Shown here piece after piece: positions 24,106 through 37,050 of a stretch of 64,000 bases of DNA. The translations under genes were made by a program, and so were the position numbers. Position 1 is the first letter of the stretch. Each line of letters starts with the position of its first letter. The notes beneath the pieces are model-generated. The model was given only the letters and a program-made list of their open reading frames with translations, ran no database searches and was not told the DNA's origin. The DNA is taken from NCBI GenBank assembly GCA_950097015.1, contig CATNEN010000037.1, forward strand, positions 1,860,001 through 1,924,000. Reading direction: 5' to 3'. Origin of the DNA: Macrostomum hystrix. Its lineage: Eukaryota; Animalia; Platyhelminthes.

Positions 24106-24724
24106 TAATGAGGTCTTCTAGTTACTCGTACTTATCCCAACATTAATGGGACTTTCTAGGATATTCTCCAGATTAACTGGATCATCGAAGAAATAAAATT
24201 CAAGAACTATCTACGGGACATATAAGGAATACTTCAGTATTTACGAAGTAGAATGCCATGTATGAGATAAATATTGTCAGCAGCAGATGCAATATCTTCC
24301 AGTTCGAAAACACCAGCTAGAATAGCCCTTGATGCAGTGTTCTGGCCCGACTTGACAAAGTGATACAAGTGCCAACTGCAGCCTATTGCAAAGTGGAAAT
24401 TTGGTCAATTGTGTCGTATGAAAGCGGAAAATAGGCTCCAATGATAATGAGCCATGGAAATATTCCTACTTAATGATGCAGGATATCTTTGTATCGAATC
24501 CCGTGATGTTAACATGCGGCTATAGGCGTCATGCATTGCACCCGGCAGTGAAGATCACGTTTCTCTGGGTTCTGGAGCCTGTATTGTGTCATTGGCGACA
24601 GTGGCTGACGAAAGTCGATAGCAGTCCAGAAAACTGAACTTATTAAACAGCTATTCGATACTTGTCCAATGTGGCCTCATGTGCCTTTTTGCTTGGGGCT
24701 GCATTTCCTATACTGAATCAATTC

Positions 24725-26100
24725 TTGGATCTGGCCCTTCAGTGACTGACTGAACCATCATATCTGGTCCTTCAGTGACTAACTGAACCCTCAGATCTGG
24801 TCCTTCAGTGACTGACTGATTAACCCAGTGACTGAGAAACCTCATATCTGGTACTGACTGAACCCACATATCTGGTACTGACTGAACCCACATATCTGGT
24901 ACTGACTGAACCCACATATCTGGTACTGACTGAACCCTCATATCATGGTACTGACTGAACCCACATATCTGGTACTGACTGAACCCTCATATCTGGTACT
25001 GGCTGAGCCCTCACATCTGGTACTGACTGAACCATCATATCTGGTACTGGCTGAACCATCATATCTGGTCCTTCAGTGACTGACTGAACCCTCAGATCTG
25101 GTCCTTCAGTGACTGACTGAACCCTCAGATCTGGTCCTTCAGTGACTGACTGAACCCTCAGATCTGGTCCTTCAGTGACTGACTGAACCCTCAGATCTGG
25201 TCCTTCAGTGACTAACTGAACCCTCAGATCTGGTCCTTCAGTGACTAACTGAACCCTCAGATCTGGTCCTTCAGTGACTGACTGATTAACCCAGTGACTG
25301 AGAAACCTCATATCTGGTACTGACTGAACCCACATATCTGGTACTGACTGAACCCTCATATCATGGTACTGACTGAACCCACATATCTGGTACTGACTGA
25401 ACCCTCATATCTGGTACTGGCTGAACCATCATATCTGGTCCTTCAGCGACTGACTGAACCCTCAGATCTGGTACTGGCTGAGCCCTCACATCTACTGACT
25501 GAACCCTCAGATCTGGTACTGACTGAACCCACATATCTGGTACTGACTGAACCCTCATATCTGGTACTGGCTGAACCATCATATCTGGTCCTTCAGTGAC
25601 TGACTGAACCCTCAGATCTGGTACTGGCTGAGCCCTCACATCTACTGACTGAACCCTCAGATCTGGTACTGACTGAAACCTCATATCTGGTACTGACTGA
25701 ACCCTCAGATCTGGTCCTTCACTATTCCACTGGACTCTCAGATCTGGTCCTTCACTATTCCACTGGACTCTCAGATCTGGTCCTTCACTATTCCACTGGA
25801 CTCTCAGATCTGGTCCTTCACTATTCCACTGGACTCTCAGATCTGGTCCTTCACTATTCCACTGGACTCTCAGATCTGGTCCTTCACTATTCCACTGGAC
25901 TCTCAGATCTGGTCCTTCACTATTCCACTGGACTCTCAGATATGGTCCTTCAATGCCAAACCCTCAGATCTGGTCCTTCAATACCAAACCCTCAGATCTC
26001 GTCCTTCAATACCAAACCCTCAGATCTCGTCCTTCAATACCAAACCCTCAGATCTCGTCCTTCAATACCAAACCCTCAGATCTGGTCCTTCAATGCCAAA
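24725..26100. repeat. Compound minisatellite built on cagatctggtccttca (24-, 33- and 28-bp variants)
   Basis: Successive related tandem units read directly. Confidence 0.9.
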
Positions 26101-27810
26101 ACCTTATATCTAGACCTTCAAAACTAAATAAAACACCTTTGATTAGGATACATTTTTCGAAATAAAAAACGGACAATAAATCTTCTCATAAAAGCTCATA
26201 ATCTTCTGTAAAAGCTTCTCATATTGAGCATTAAGTCATTAGCACATTAGCTTGCTTGTCTGGCCAATTTAAGCTTCGGTGGGAGGGGGTTGCTGGTGCG
26301 TTTAGGGGGGGCCGTGGAGGCGCGGACCCCCCAGCTCTGCAAGTCCAACAAAGCGGTGCCGCCAGCCGTCAAAAAAACACTTGACAGGCGCGTCAGTCTC
26401 AAATCAAATTTAATTCGCTCATGCGGGCTCGTCTCATCCTTCCACTAGTTGCTCGCGCGGGTCTTTGTCTCTGGTAGAATGAGAGCCTAGTGAGACGGTG
26501 CAGCTTCACGGGTGGTCGTCTTCTCTTTCTTTCTTGCCCGAAACTAAAAGATAGAAAATTAGAGAAAGACAGAGAGGCCAGCCTGTAGGCACTCCTTTTT
26601 TCTCTCTCTTTTCATTCTGAATCGCTTTGACACCGTCCGGTCGCCGGCTTAGTTCCCGTCAATCAAAAGTTCTAAAGAATTTCTTGAGGGCGGCGTGGGC
26701 AAGCGTGTTTTATATGAAGCCAATCTAGACTGTATAGTTCTCACGGCAGAAAACTATTTGCTCCAGGTGTTTTGCTCATTTTGCTTTAAAAAAGACAGGA
26801 ATCTATGCAAACTAATATGGGATCATGAGACTGTGCGGTCACAGCGATATGAAAATGATCGGCTATGAAAACTTGTGGGTGGTCCGGCAAGTACTTGACA
26901 AATTTCTTTATTTTTGGTGTCTCAAGTGAATGGATTTCAGTTGTCATGGCAACTTACCCACGAGAGTTCCCAGAACTTAGCAGAACAAAGAAGTCGGTTT
27001 TAGCCGTTGAAATTACGGAATGGTCTGTATCCATGATTCAAATTGACCATCAGCTGGATATGAAAGCCGACAAATAATTGCTTCCTTTATCAGGACTGAA
27101 TAATGACTGACTGGCAATTCTCTGTTAGCCTCGTCAGCCATTAATTGACTTTATCAATGATGAAGTGCCGTGTGTATTGTTTGGCGCAGTCACCAGTAAG
27201 CTACTCTCGTAGCTTCGGAAATTTGGCTAAATCAGATACACGAAAAGGACAGAGCGAGTGACTTCTTTCATAGAAACAGAGGCTTAGCTTCACACCTCCG
27301 TTAATTGATTTGATAAGGTGCTAATAAAGTATTTGATAGAATTTATTGATATATGGTGTTATACCGAGCTATTTGTTATAACAGAATTGGCATTGGCCTT
27401 ATATGGGGTTCAGTTTGTACAGGAAGGTCACACAAAACGTACAGGAACGGCAAAAAGCTCTATGAAAAAGAAACTCAATGAGCAGAAAATGTGCTTTAAA
27501 GGCGGACATAAGAAAAAGTAGTTTTTGTTTTTTTAAAATACTTAAAGGCACTCTAATATGGATCGCGTGCATTTAGAAGCATGATAAGTACGCAAAAAGG
27601 AAAAGGAAATTAGAGTAAAGTTAAACAATAAATGAATCAGTGCTGTATTCAGTTTTTGTTTAATTGCCAAAAAGATGCAACATTTAAATTATTGTAAATA
27701 AGCTCGTATGCATATCGAACTGCTTATCTCAAATCATTTTAACGCAATTGACAAAGGCAGCAAAAAGCGAGAAAAGCGTAATTTAAAAGCTGTAGCGCTG
27801 TCCCAGTGAC

Positions 27811-28752
27811 TTAGATAGCATCCCAATGGGCCATTGTTCCACGATCGAACGACGACTCGATGCAACGCGGATATTTGTCGCTGCAGCAGTAGTATCCGCA
27901 GTTACAACCGTTGCCATAGTAACCACCGGAGAAGGCGTCGCCGCGGTGAACCGCTTCGAAAGGCTCAATCACTGGCCAGGATTGCCCTAGGTCGCCATAC
28001 GCCAGGACCCCTGTCAAAGTTGGCCGATAGTTTGAGCTATAGTCTCGGCAGTCTTGGCTTTGCTGCTGCTGCTGCTGTTGCTGCTGTTGCTGCTGACAAG
28101 TAGGAAACGCCACTGCAGGTGCTTGTGCCAGATTTTGTTGAAAATTTTCCGTTGCTGGCTCAGCGAAGTGTGCGACGCTATCCGACTGCTGCGGTGTCAA
28201 CTGCTCGACTGAATATAACTCGCTTCCAGTCGGACTCAGCAGAGTCTCGAGGATGCCGAAGGTATCCGATTCGGTCTGCCCGTTAGCAGGCTGCTGTCTG
28301 GAGGCATCCGACTGTGATTCAGCGAGTGCCAGTCGGTTGTCCTTCACTGGTAGTTGGCTGATGCAGCATTCGGCCGACCGCTTTCGTCCGCGCGTCGCAG
28401 CCGCGGCCCTCCGCGGATCGCGGAACCGTTTCTGCCTGCGCAGGTAGCAGCCGTTCTCGAACATGTCGCCGCTGTCCGGATGCAGCGTCCAGTAGGCGCC
28501 TTTGCCAGCTGGCGATTCGGTCGCCGATCTGGCCACCCGCACGAAGCAGTCGTTGAAGGACAGCGAGTGCCGGATGGAGTTCTGCCAGCGCCGCTTGTCG
28601 GCTTCCCGTCGATAGTAGGGGAAGCTGGCGGACACAAACCGGTAGATCTCGGACAGGGTGCACATGCGGCTGGGCGACTGTTGAATGGCCATGCAGATGA
28701 GGCTGATGTAGCTGTAGGGAGGCTTGGCAGGGCAAACTGAAGCCTGCGACAT
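27811..28752 (-). CDS. foxA: FoxA-class forkhead transcription factor, single coding exon, 313 aa
   Basis: [16 protein letters not shown]...[18 protein letters not shown]...[28 protein letters not shown] carries FoxA-diagnostic residues ([25 protein letters not shown]). Confidence 0.92.
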   Translation of the reverse strand: MSQASVCPAKPPYSYISLICMAIQQSPSRMCTLSEIYRFVSASFPYYRREADKRRWQNSIRHSLSFNDCFVRVARSATESPAGKGAYWTLHPDSGDMFENGCYLRRQKRFRDPRRAAAATRGRKRSAECCISQLPVKDNRLALAESQSDASRQQPANGQTESDTFGILETLLSPTGSELYSVEQLTPQQSDSVAHFAEPATENFQQNLAQAPAVAFPTCQQQQQQQQQQQQSQDCRDYSSNYRPTLTGVLAYGDLGQSWPVIEPFEAVHRGDAFSGGYYGNGCNCGYYCCSDKYPRCIESSFDRGTMAHWDAI

Positions 28753-28840
28753 GTTGCGACGCTGTTAAAAATTCAAAGACTTAGATTTGAATAATCAATG
28801 GCAAATTGCAATTGTGTTGGGATAGCTTGACGGCCCCGTC

Positions 28841-28942
28841 TATTTATCCTAGCCGGAGGCCCATTGTTCCCCAGCTTGGCCACCTACGAGCTCTGCAGGC
28901 GACCCACCGCACAGGCTGCAGTCTGTGACGCTCTCTCATTGG
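28841..28942 (-). promoter_or_regulatory. Candidate foxA core promoter
   Basis: Minus-strand GATAAATA (28841-28848), ~90 bp upstream of the ATG, and CCAAT (28938-28942), within a GC-rich patch. Confidence 0.35.
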
Positions 28943-29024
28943 ATGAAGCACTTTAGCTGGCCATTTATGATTACTTTAGTTAGACACTACTAGCTGTAGT
29001 AGTATGTTGGCACATGCTTTTTAG

Positions 29025-29165
29025 TAAGGTCCCAGTGGTTTTAGAGTTCGTATTTGAAAGGTCGGGAGTTCGAATCTCAGCCTGAGAAGAAAATGTTGTC
29101 ATTGAGCAAGACAATCCACTTCACTTCAGCTTCAGTTCTTACAGATGTAAAACAGCTGAACTGTA
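29025..29165 (+). mobile_element. CORE-SINE-like relic
   Basis: B-box-like agttcgaatct (29067-29077), followed by tgttgtcattgagcaagacaatccacttcacttcagcttcagttcttacagatgtaaaa, which resembles the CORE domain (tgtgaccttgggcaagtcactt...gcctcagtttcctcatctgtaaaa). Confidence 0.5.
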
Positions 29166-30096
29166 GCAGAGAGCTTTGAAAAATAGGAAATAAGAAACGT
29201 ACAGTTGACATTGTGAGCAGTAAAGCTTCATTGTCATTTAAATTTTTCTAATTTGTGACGATGGTATCTAATTTTAGTTATAATAATCTAAATTGTAATT
29301 TATTATCATAAATGTAATTCTGACTTTTCAGTTTGAAAGTTGCCCAATTGGTTAAGATTGTTTCGTGTGGGAAAATGGATTACAAAGTTTGATGCAAAAA
29401 GTGCGAAATTCTACGAGCTATAGGACGCAATACAGCAGTTAATTCTAAAATATTACAGAGAGTATATTTGCAGCATTGAGTGTTAAAGCACATGGTTGAG
29501 ATGCATGCATGGTCTTCTAAAATAAAAAAAAACTGTTAAACACGATATGCAATGGTGAGCTCAAGCTCGTTAAAAAAATACCTAGTTATTAACGCACTTA
29601 AAATAAATACTCAGGTTTTTGTTTTTATAGCTACCAATATAGGTAATTGTACTTTATGGGAATAACGATAGTCCGCTACTTTTTTAGATCGTAAAATTAC
29701 AAGTAGCATTTGACGAAAAAAAATAAATTGGAGTTCTAATGTCACTATACTTGTTGCTATGTAATCGAATAAAGTAATTGACTTTGAATCATTTTTTATA
29801 CCTGTAAAAGTTTAAATTACGTTTATTGCTTACAATTCAGCCTCTTTAAAAGCCTTTTTGTACATATTCACGATTTATAACCTTACCTAGAGAAGATCGT
29901 TAATCAGTTCAAAATTATAACGACCATTATTAACTTAATGAAGTTAAAAAAGCTAAGCGAACATCTTCAACGGATGCAAATTAACGAAGATGAGCGACGC
30001 CCATCGCTGACGAAATGTGACTCCAGCAAGCACTCGAAGTTGTTGTGATTCAAGAAACACTGAGACAGCGGCAGTTATAACTATGAACAGCACAGA

Positions 30097-32893
30097 TCAA
30101 CCCTTGTCGGCTCCGCCATCAACACGATTGATGACAAACTCGTAACGGCAGTACAGCAGCCACACCTCGTACATTGCAAACACCACCAGGATGAGGCAGC
30201 CGGCCGCCACCATGCCGCTGTTGACTAGGCGAGGTCGACCCTCGATTGGATGCAGCATGGACCAGAGCCCAAAGCCCAGCAGGGCCCCGGCTGTGACGCC
30301 AGCCAGCAGCAAGTGGCGCGCGAACGATGTGCACGCGACGCTGTCGCAGGAGCGCCTGCCGCGGTGGTGCGTCACCACGAAGCGCTCGCTGCAGGCCGAG
30401 CAACGAATATGCAGCCGGCGTCGGCCTCGCGAGTAGACGGCCTCATCGAAGAAGGCGGTGGTCAGACAGGAGACGTGCAGGTAGCGATCCGGGCAGCGGC
30501 AGGGCAGCTTCCGCCAACGGATGATGCCGGGCCGGTCGTCCAGTTGCAGGCCGACGCCCTCGCCCTCGCCGCCGACGCCACCGGCACCGCTGCTGCTGAG
30601 GCCGTCGGCTTTGAAGCTCTTGCAGAGCTGGCAGAGATCTTCGCCCCAGAGGCCCGGACAGGGCGGTGCTGCAGGCGCATCCACCACTGGCTCTTCGTTT
30701 TGCTGGCTGGTTTAGGGGTGGGTGCGAATTTAGTGTATATAGACTAGCATATTCGCTCCCCCCTGGGCTATTTACAAGTTTTTCGTAGCTTTAAGTGTGG
30801 GGCGAGTGGCACAGCGATTAACGCTCGATTCTCGAATCCGCAGTGAGGCCACATTCGTTTGGGGCGTAGCCGCGGAGAGAAGGCTTGCTAGAGAGACCAC
30901 AGGGTTTTCAACTTCCAGAATCGCAAAACATTGCCATCATGGGTAGTGGGTATTTGAAATAGCCGTGGTCTCTTCCTGGGGGATTGCGTGGTCTTTCTAC
31001 TGTTAATGTCTACGAGGGCCAATCTCATAGAGTGAGAGTGTACACTGCCTGACGAAGAAAAAGCCCTTTAGTGTGTGCGCCCGGACACAGTATCTGTGTA
31101 TCAGGAGTATCAGCAGCCAGCGCCAGTGCCAACAGCCCTTCGGCAAAACTTATTTATAATATAATGGCTCATATAGAAACAAGAATGCTCTTAATTGGCC
31201 TTCTAGCATATTCTGTATTCAAATGCAGGCCCTGTTAATTCCTATATAAAGAAAGCATGACTGTTAAAAATGCGCAGTTTTCCGCAGCAACTATGCAATA
31301 TATTATTAATTATTAACAACGACAGCAAAAAGCCCATGCTAGCTCGTATACGCCAGGCAATATAATATGCGCCTATGGTTTAGCGCCTCTATACCTTTCT
31401 GACAACATAGAGCCCTGTTTGTACATAATTAATACTGCAAAGCAGTGCCAGAAAGTGTGCATGTGGCCGCTTTGGCACTGCAAGCAGGAACTCACAAACT
31501 GGCTGAGCAGCTACTGTACCGCTTCATGGCTGAGTCTTGCCAGTCTTGAAGAATGGAATCCGGTTTCTACCGGAATGCCAATTCCTGTTGCAATAGCTAC
31601 GAGTATATGAGTGACAGGTGGGCTTGAACTGATTGATTATCACCACTGTCAATCTTATCTTGTAATTGATATTTGACACGAAGCAACACAGCTCGGATTC
31701 CAAACTAGCAAAAAACATTTTAATTTACTCGTGACCTTCATAAAATTAGACTGGAATGGAAAGTAAAGAGCTATTCCAAAAAGAATAAAGTCTTTGTTAT
31801 TGGCCTGGGCATTCACTTACTTTGTCAAAGAAGAGTAACTCGATTTTGTTTGACACTCGATTTGATTACTGTTCTCAAGCCTTAGCTTGTTCTAAAGCTT
31901 TCTATATGCCCTTCGCCGTGTCCTTTTTAATTCAATTCAATTCCCCATCTCCCACATCCCTTCCCCATGACCCACACCCTTCCCCATCTCCTACACCCCA
32001 TCCCAATCTCCTACACCCGTTCCCCATCTTCCACACCCCATCCCCATCTCCTACACCCGTTCCCCATCTCCTACACCCCATCCCCATCTCCTACACCCGT
32101 TCTCAATCTCCTACACCTGTTCCCCATCTCCTACACCCGTTCCCCATCTCCTACACCCGTTCCCCATCTTCCACACCCCATCCCATCTCCTACACCCCAT
32201 CCCCATCTCCTACACCCCATCCCCATCTTCCACACCCCATCCCCATCTCCTACACCCCATCCCCATCTCCTAGACCCCATCCCCATCTTCCACACCCCAT
32301 CCCCATCTCCTACACCCATGCCCATCTCCTACACCCCATCCCCATCTCCTACACCCCATCCCCATCTCCTACACCCGTGCCCATCTCCTACACCCCATCC
32401 CCATCTCCTACACCCGTGCCCATCTCCTACACCCCATCCCCATCTCCTACACCCGTTCCCCATCTTCCACACCCCATCCCCATCTCCTACACCCATGCCC
32501 ACGCACTCGCATATTAAATTAACTAAAAGTCACTGCTCACTCAAAGCGCAGTGTGGGGGCGGCCGCCTCTCTGGCGTGATGTTCAGCTCCAGCCGCCTGG
32601 GGCATCAGCTGCCGCTTCGAGCGCAGATTGGAGTCTGACTGCGGCTGCCTCAGCCGGTACAAACTGCGGCCAGCCGATCCGCTGCTGGGCACCTCCGGGT
32701 AGTGCGTGTCGAAGCGGGTCACCCGCTTGGCCCTGACAGCAGCCGCCGCCGATGCTGTTGATGCTGTCGGCCCTGGCCGAATCGGCGAGTTGCTATCAAC
32801 AGCTGGTGGTGCGGCCAGGTGCAGCAGTTGGTCCCTCTCGCTCTCCTCATCCTCTTCGGACATTGCGGCCATCTCGCGAAATTCGTCGGACAT
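30097..32893 (-). CDS. MARCH-type RING-CH (C4HC3) membrane E3 ubiquitin ligase, 320 aa; exons 32893-32541 and 30706-30097
   Basis: CQLC...PCRC...HVSC...CSAC followed by two TM helices. Donor TTTGA|GTGAGC (32541/32540) and acceptor ctaaaccag|C (30707/30706) are phase-compatible and join the upstream 118-aa ORF to the RING exon. Confidence 0.75.
30797..31110 (+). mobile_element. tRNA-derived SINE, copy 5 (interrupted and diverged), in the MARCH intron
   Basis: A-box-like tggcacagcgattaacgc, then tctcgaatccgcagtgaggccacattcgtttggggcgtagccgcggagagaaggctt and gagagtgtacactgcctga, shared with the other copies. Confidence 0.65.
31940..32500. repeat. C-rich minisatellite (ccccatctcctacacc variants) in the MARCH intron
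   Basis: Direct tandem repeats; source of the P/H/S-rich ORFs. Confidence 0.9.
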
Positions 32894-33908
32894 AGTTTAT
32901 TGCAGCAGTGCAGTTTGAATACAAGGACTTCTTGACTTAGACTTCTGACGAAGTGCGAGTAGCGGTCCTTGCTTGAATATCTGGAATGTCAATTTCAACA
33001 TTTCAATAAAAAAACTAATACTTTACAAATTAAGCCAAGCCTAGTTGGGCCAGATGTACAGCCAGTGGCACAGCCGCAGCTATTGTACGGCGCTTTTAAA
33101 GGCTGAAGACACCTGTTCAGTCCGTGGACAGAATTTCTACCTCACCGCTAGGCTCCCATTCGAACTCCCGACCACTCAGGAGACAAACCTTTGTGCTCAA
33201 CAACAAGCAAATCTTTGTAGAAATTATCGACTACGACTCACCGGGAATGTTATTCAACCAGATTTAGAAGTCGCGTGTACATGTGCAGTACAATGGCTGA
33301 TCCAAAAAGTATTTTTAGAGTCTTAATCCGCTTGAATACAGGCGAGAATAAAAAAGAGATCCTAATATTAGACTAGGTTCACACTATTGTGAGTGTAAAG
33401 TGTGTGTGCTTGACAATTTTGATGTCAGGACTCGGACAATAATCGGCTGTCACAACTGCAGTTGATTATATACATGGCTAAAGACGTACTACTGTAGATC
33501 TTAAGCTAGCCAACGCAGTTGCCGAAGCTTGGGGGAAAGCTTCTGCAAGGCGAAGAATTTAGCTTGCGCGAAGCCGTCAGGCCAGAGTTCCAGCAGCGAG
33601 TAGCGCAGAGTTGCGAGTTGCGCAGACCCTTAACCCCCCCTAGAAAATGCGATCTTTGCATGCCATTGGACCTCAGAACCTGCAGTTCCTGGGTTTGATA
33701 TGAATGCTTAATTCCCTTCCTGTTGCTAATAGCTCAACTCTGTTTTGTAATTTGCACCTTGTTGTTACCCCTGTGTTGCTTTCAGTCCTTTTTGTGCTAT
33801 GGCCTTCAAATTTAATATATTTCTACTGTGAGTAGCTCGTAGTGCAACGTGTCATACTCTTATCAGTAGAAAGAGTAGCAGTAGGACTTTTGTTCTCAAC
33901 ATCCAGCA

Positions 33909-34000
33909 TCGGCGCTGACAGTCAGCACCTTCAACAAAAGCACCCGATCGGCATCTCAAAGACGGCTGCTTTTGTTGAAGGTCCTGACTGTCGCCGCCGA
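33909..34000. other. Long hairpin-forming inverted repeat
   Basis: 26-bp arms at 33917-33942 and 33967-33992 (1 mismatch), 24-nt loop, and further cggcg/cgccg pairing outside the arms. Confidence 0.6.
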
Positions 34001-34264
34001 GCTCTAGACGCTGATGAAGGGGACCCTGGTGACCTGGATTCTGATAACAAAGTTCCCTACGACAGATAGACTCAGATAATTGAACTTTAACATAGAATTA
34101 GCAAAACTTCAGTTAAAAAAACTAGAAACAACTGTACGCTTTCTCATTGAACAAAAGTACAGGTCGAGAGACCCAAAAAATGGGGTACTATTGCCCAGAA
34201 ATAATGGATGTTCTTGTCGCTTCTTCAATTTTCTAAATGTCTTATCTTCGTCTTCTGCTATCTT

Positions 34265-34706
34265 CGAGCCCTTCTCGACGTAGTTGCCCTACATCTCGAC
34301 ACACTTCTTGAGCCGCTCAATCCACTTGTCAAAGGCTGAGGCGAAGGCACCTGGCGAAAGGCGGCTGCAGGCTCGCTCCCACTCCACCTTGACGGTGTCT
34401 CCGCTGATGGAGAAGCCCCCCAGCTCCCACTTGATCGTTGGGTAGAGGAAATAGTCAGCTGGCGCCAGGTCTGGGGAGTAGGGAGGATGAGGGCCGCTGT
34501 TAGGCCGCTCTGCCATTTTTTGGGTTCTTGTGGCTGATGCACTTTATCAAGTTGTAGCTAAGGCAGAAGTCGATGAAAAAATCTGCTTTTTTTTGTCACT
34601 GATTGTCTATTAGTCTAGCTAAAATATGAAACACTTGCGAAGATGATCGGGTGGGATTTACCATAGATATTGCATTTGTCTCACTTGAACTTGACCGCAC
34701 CTCGTA
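34265..34706 (-). mobile_element. Internally deleted mariner/Tc1 transposon relic
   Basis: HPPYSPDLAPADYFLYPTIKWELGG...AFDKWIERLKKCVEM*GNYVEK is the mariner transposase C-terminus with an in-frame stop. A TA-CGAGGTGCGGTCAAGTT terminal-repeat-like end lies at 34706-34688; the other end was not found. Confidence 0.85.
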
Positions 34707-36283
34707 TCTGCAGGCCTTAGCTTAGTGAGCGCTGGATTTACGAGTTCCTCGTTAGCTCGTAGTTAGTTATAAAAGTGTGCTTGAATATTATAGATCGAGC
34801 TTGGGCACGCAGCATTATTGCGAGCTGTTGTTGTGTTGATGATGATGACTATAATTATTATGGGAAGGGTATGTTTGCCCTTCAGCTTTTCTGCCGATAT
34901 TTTCCCTTCGATTTTTGCTCGGTGAGCATCTTACAGATAATATAAGAAGTTCTCGTGAGTAAACTCATTTCTGATTAAAAAGATAAGAGACTAATAGACT
35001 AAACCCGAAGGTACTGTCTCTTCAAAATTCCTATAGAAAATTGTTTTTCGCGACTTCAGACTGTTCGGAGACAGGTACCATTGTGAAGCATTTCAGACAT
35101 GTATCAGAGTTTCAAACATCAGCGTGCAAACGGGCGTCTCCCAGTTTCTTCTACGCTTTGTATGAAGCATGCATGTAGATGTACTCTAATTTCAGCGATC
35201 ACGATTTCATAAAAATCTCTGCTTTAAAAATGGTACGAGCGAACTACTAAAGTATATTTATGCGTAAAAACTGTAAAAAACTGTAAATCGTAAAATAAAG
35301 AAAAAACTGTCAGTCAATTTCGAATGCCACATTGAAAAGCTGGATAAAATGAAAAAAGCCACACGTTCTAGCTCATACAACTACAAAAATATAGAAACTA
35401 CTACAATCTCATACTTTTAACACCGACAGTCGGGAAGCTAAAAAACCAATATCGTACGACAGAAAAAAGCTCCAATTTAAATACACGTTCGTCAGACACA
35501 CCGGAAAAAAACTATTTTTATGGGCTATTGGATCGCCTAAAACTACAAGCAGATTTTTTGTTAGAATGATTTGCGAATCGGCTAGTTTATTGGTGTACAG
35601 ACGTATTAAAGTTTCGTCGATTCCTAAAGTAAAGAAAATCAGAATCTGAGCAAAAACTAACAATAAATTATTCATTCCCACAGCAATATGAACGAATCTA
35701 TTTTTTACCAAATCAAAATTCCTAGCGGAATGGACGTTTAAAAATTTAGGTGAAAATCATTTTAAGATGCTCAATTTTGTAAAACGATGACAACACAAGC
35801 AATTTAAAAAAGAATAAAGTTGAGATTCGAATGAAAGCGTTATGTCGTTAATATATAAAAACGATAAAAGCAAAAACGAGTCCTGGAATAAAATTCTGTT
35901 CCTTTACTTACAGTACTGCATGTAGTTTGGTCTTAGAAATTCTTTCCGCTGCATACGTTCAGGTAAACTGTAATGCATTCTACCTGTATATTTTACCGAT
36001 AAATAATTTAAGGTCAACTGAAGTAACCTATCTACCTAGTATCTACTTTCACAGGATTTGGTACGAATCGCTGCATTTTTATGAAGGTACGGTTACAGCT
36101 ATAAGGTCTCCCAAAATGTTTTATAAAAAAATTAAACAACTTACGAAACTGGGCTTTCTTTGTTGTTTGGTTTCCTGATCCTGTGGTATAGACCTACTAT
36201 CTTTCTCAGCCATGAGTTAGAAAGGAAGCACTTAAATAGATTGAACAAAAACGTGTTCTCACAATCAAAAAGCACAACGCATT

Positions 36284-36700
36284 TCAGTCTTTTAATTCAA
36301 AATGACGAAGCCGAGCATTTCTAGCCTTCGATCTTTCATACTGCTGTTTCGCCTCTTTCCAAAGTTGCTGGCGCTTTTCCAGCAATTCGCTTGTTTTCTT
36401 TGCGTGTGCCTCTCCCCAGTTGAATGCCAACTTCAGATCGAGCAACGAGGAAACCTTCTCAGTGTCGCCACTGCTCTCCAGTAGTAGTAGCAGGCGGGCA
36501 ATCTGCTCCTCAGAGAATCCGTGTCGCTCATTGGCTACCTGGCTCCTGTGCCAGTAGAGTTTCACAGCTCGAATATCCGCCAAGCTTCCGATGTTTTGCG
36601 ATAGATACTTCCGCTTTGCATCGATCAGGGACATGCCGGAAGTTTCCTGGAATTCCATAAACATTTTATTACTGCAACGACCGTATCGCGTCTACTCCAG
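36284..36700 (-). CDS. Probable downstream exon of the large minus-strand gene (helical/coiled-coil C-terminus)
   Basis: 126-aa helical-looking ORF just downstream of the strong donor at 37050; the acceptor is not resolved with confidence. Confidence 0.4.
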
Positions 36701-37050
36701 CACCAAAGAGCCCGAGCTCGAATCTGCGCTAAATTATTATTAAATGATGTGTGCCCAAAGCCCCAACGTACAGCCGCTATAGTCAAATATTGTCACTACA
36801 TACTAGTATATGTAGGTACATGCAGTGTCAAGGCAGATTAACAAATAACCTATGCGAGTGGTGCTTACGTTAAGTAAACAAAATTCCTACCCGCAGGTTG
36901 TGTGTGGGGTGTCGCCAAAAATACTGCTACGGTGTATCTGCAGCCCCCCAAGCTAAATGAAAAATTTATTTCGCATGGGAATATATCACGAGACCTTAAC
37001 TACTGACAAGAAGCACTAGAGGCACAAAGTTAAGCAAATTTTTAACTTAC

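Noticed and set aside
32706-32735. PP1-docking RVxF motif in the MARCH N-terminus (KRVTRF)
   Set aside because: Spacing does not fit [RK]x0-1[VI]x[FW].
34008-34060. Hammerhead ribozyme core (CTGATGA followed by a possible stem II)
   Set aside because: No GAAA after either candidate stem II and no convincing stems I or III.
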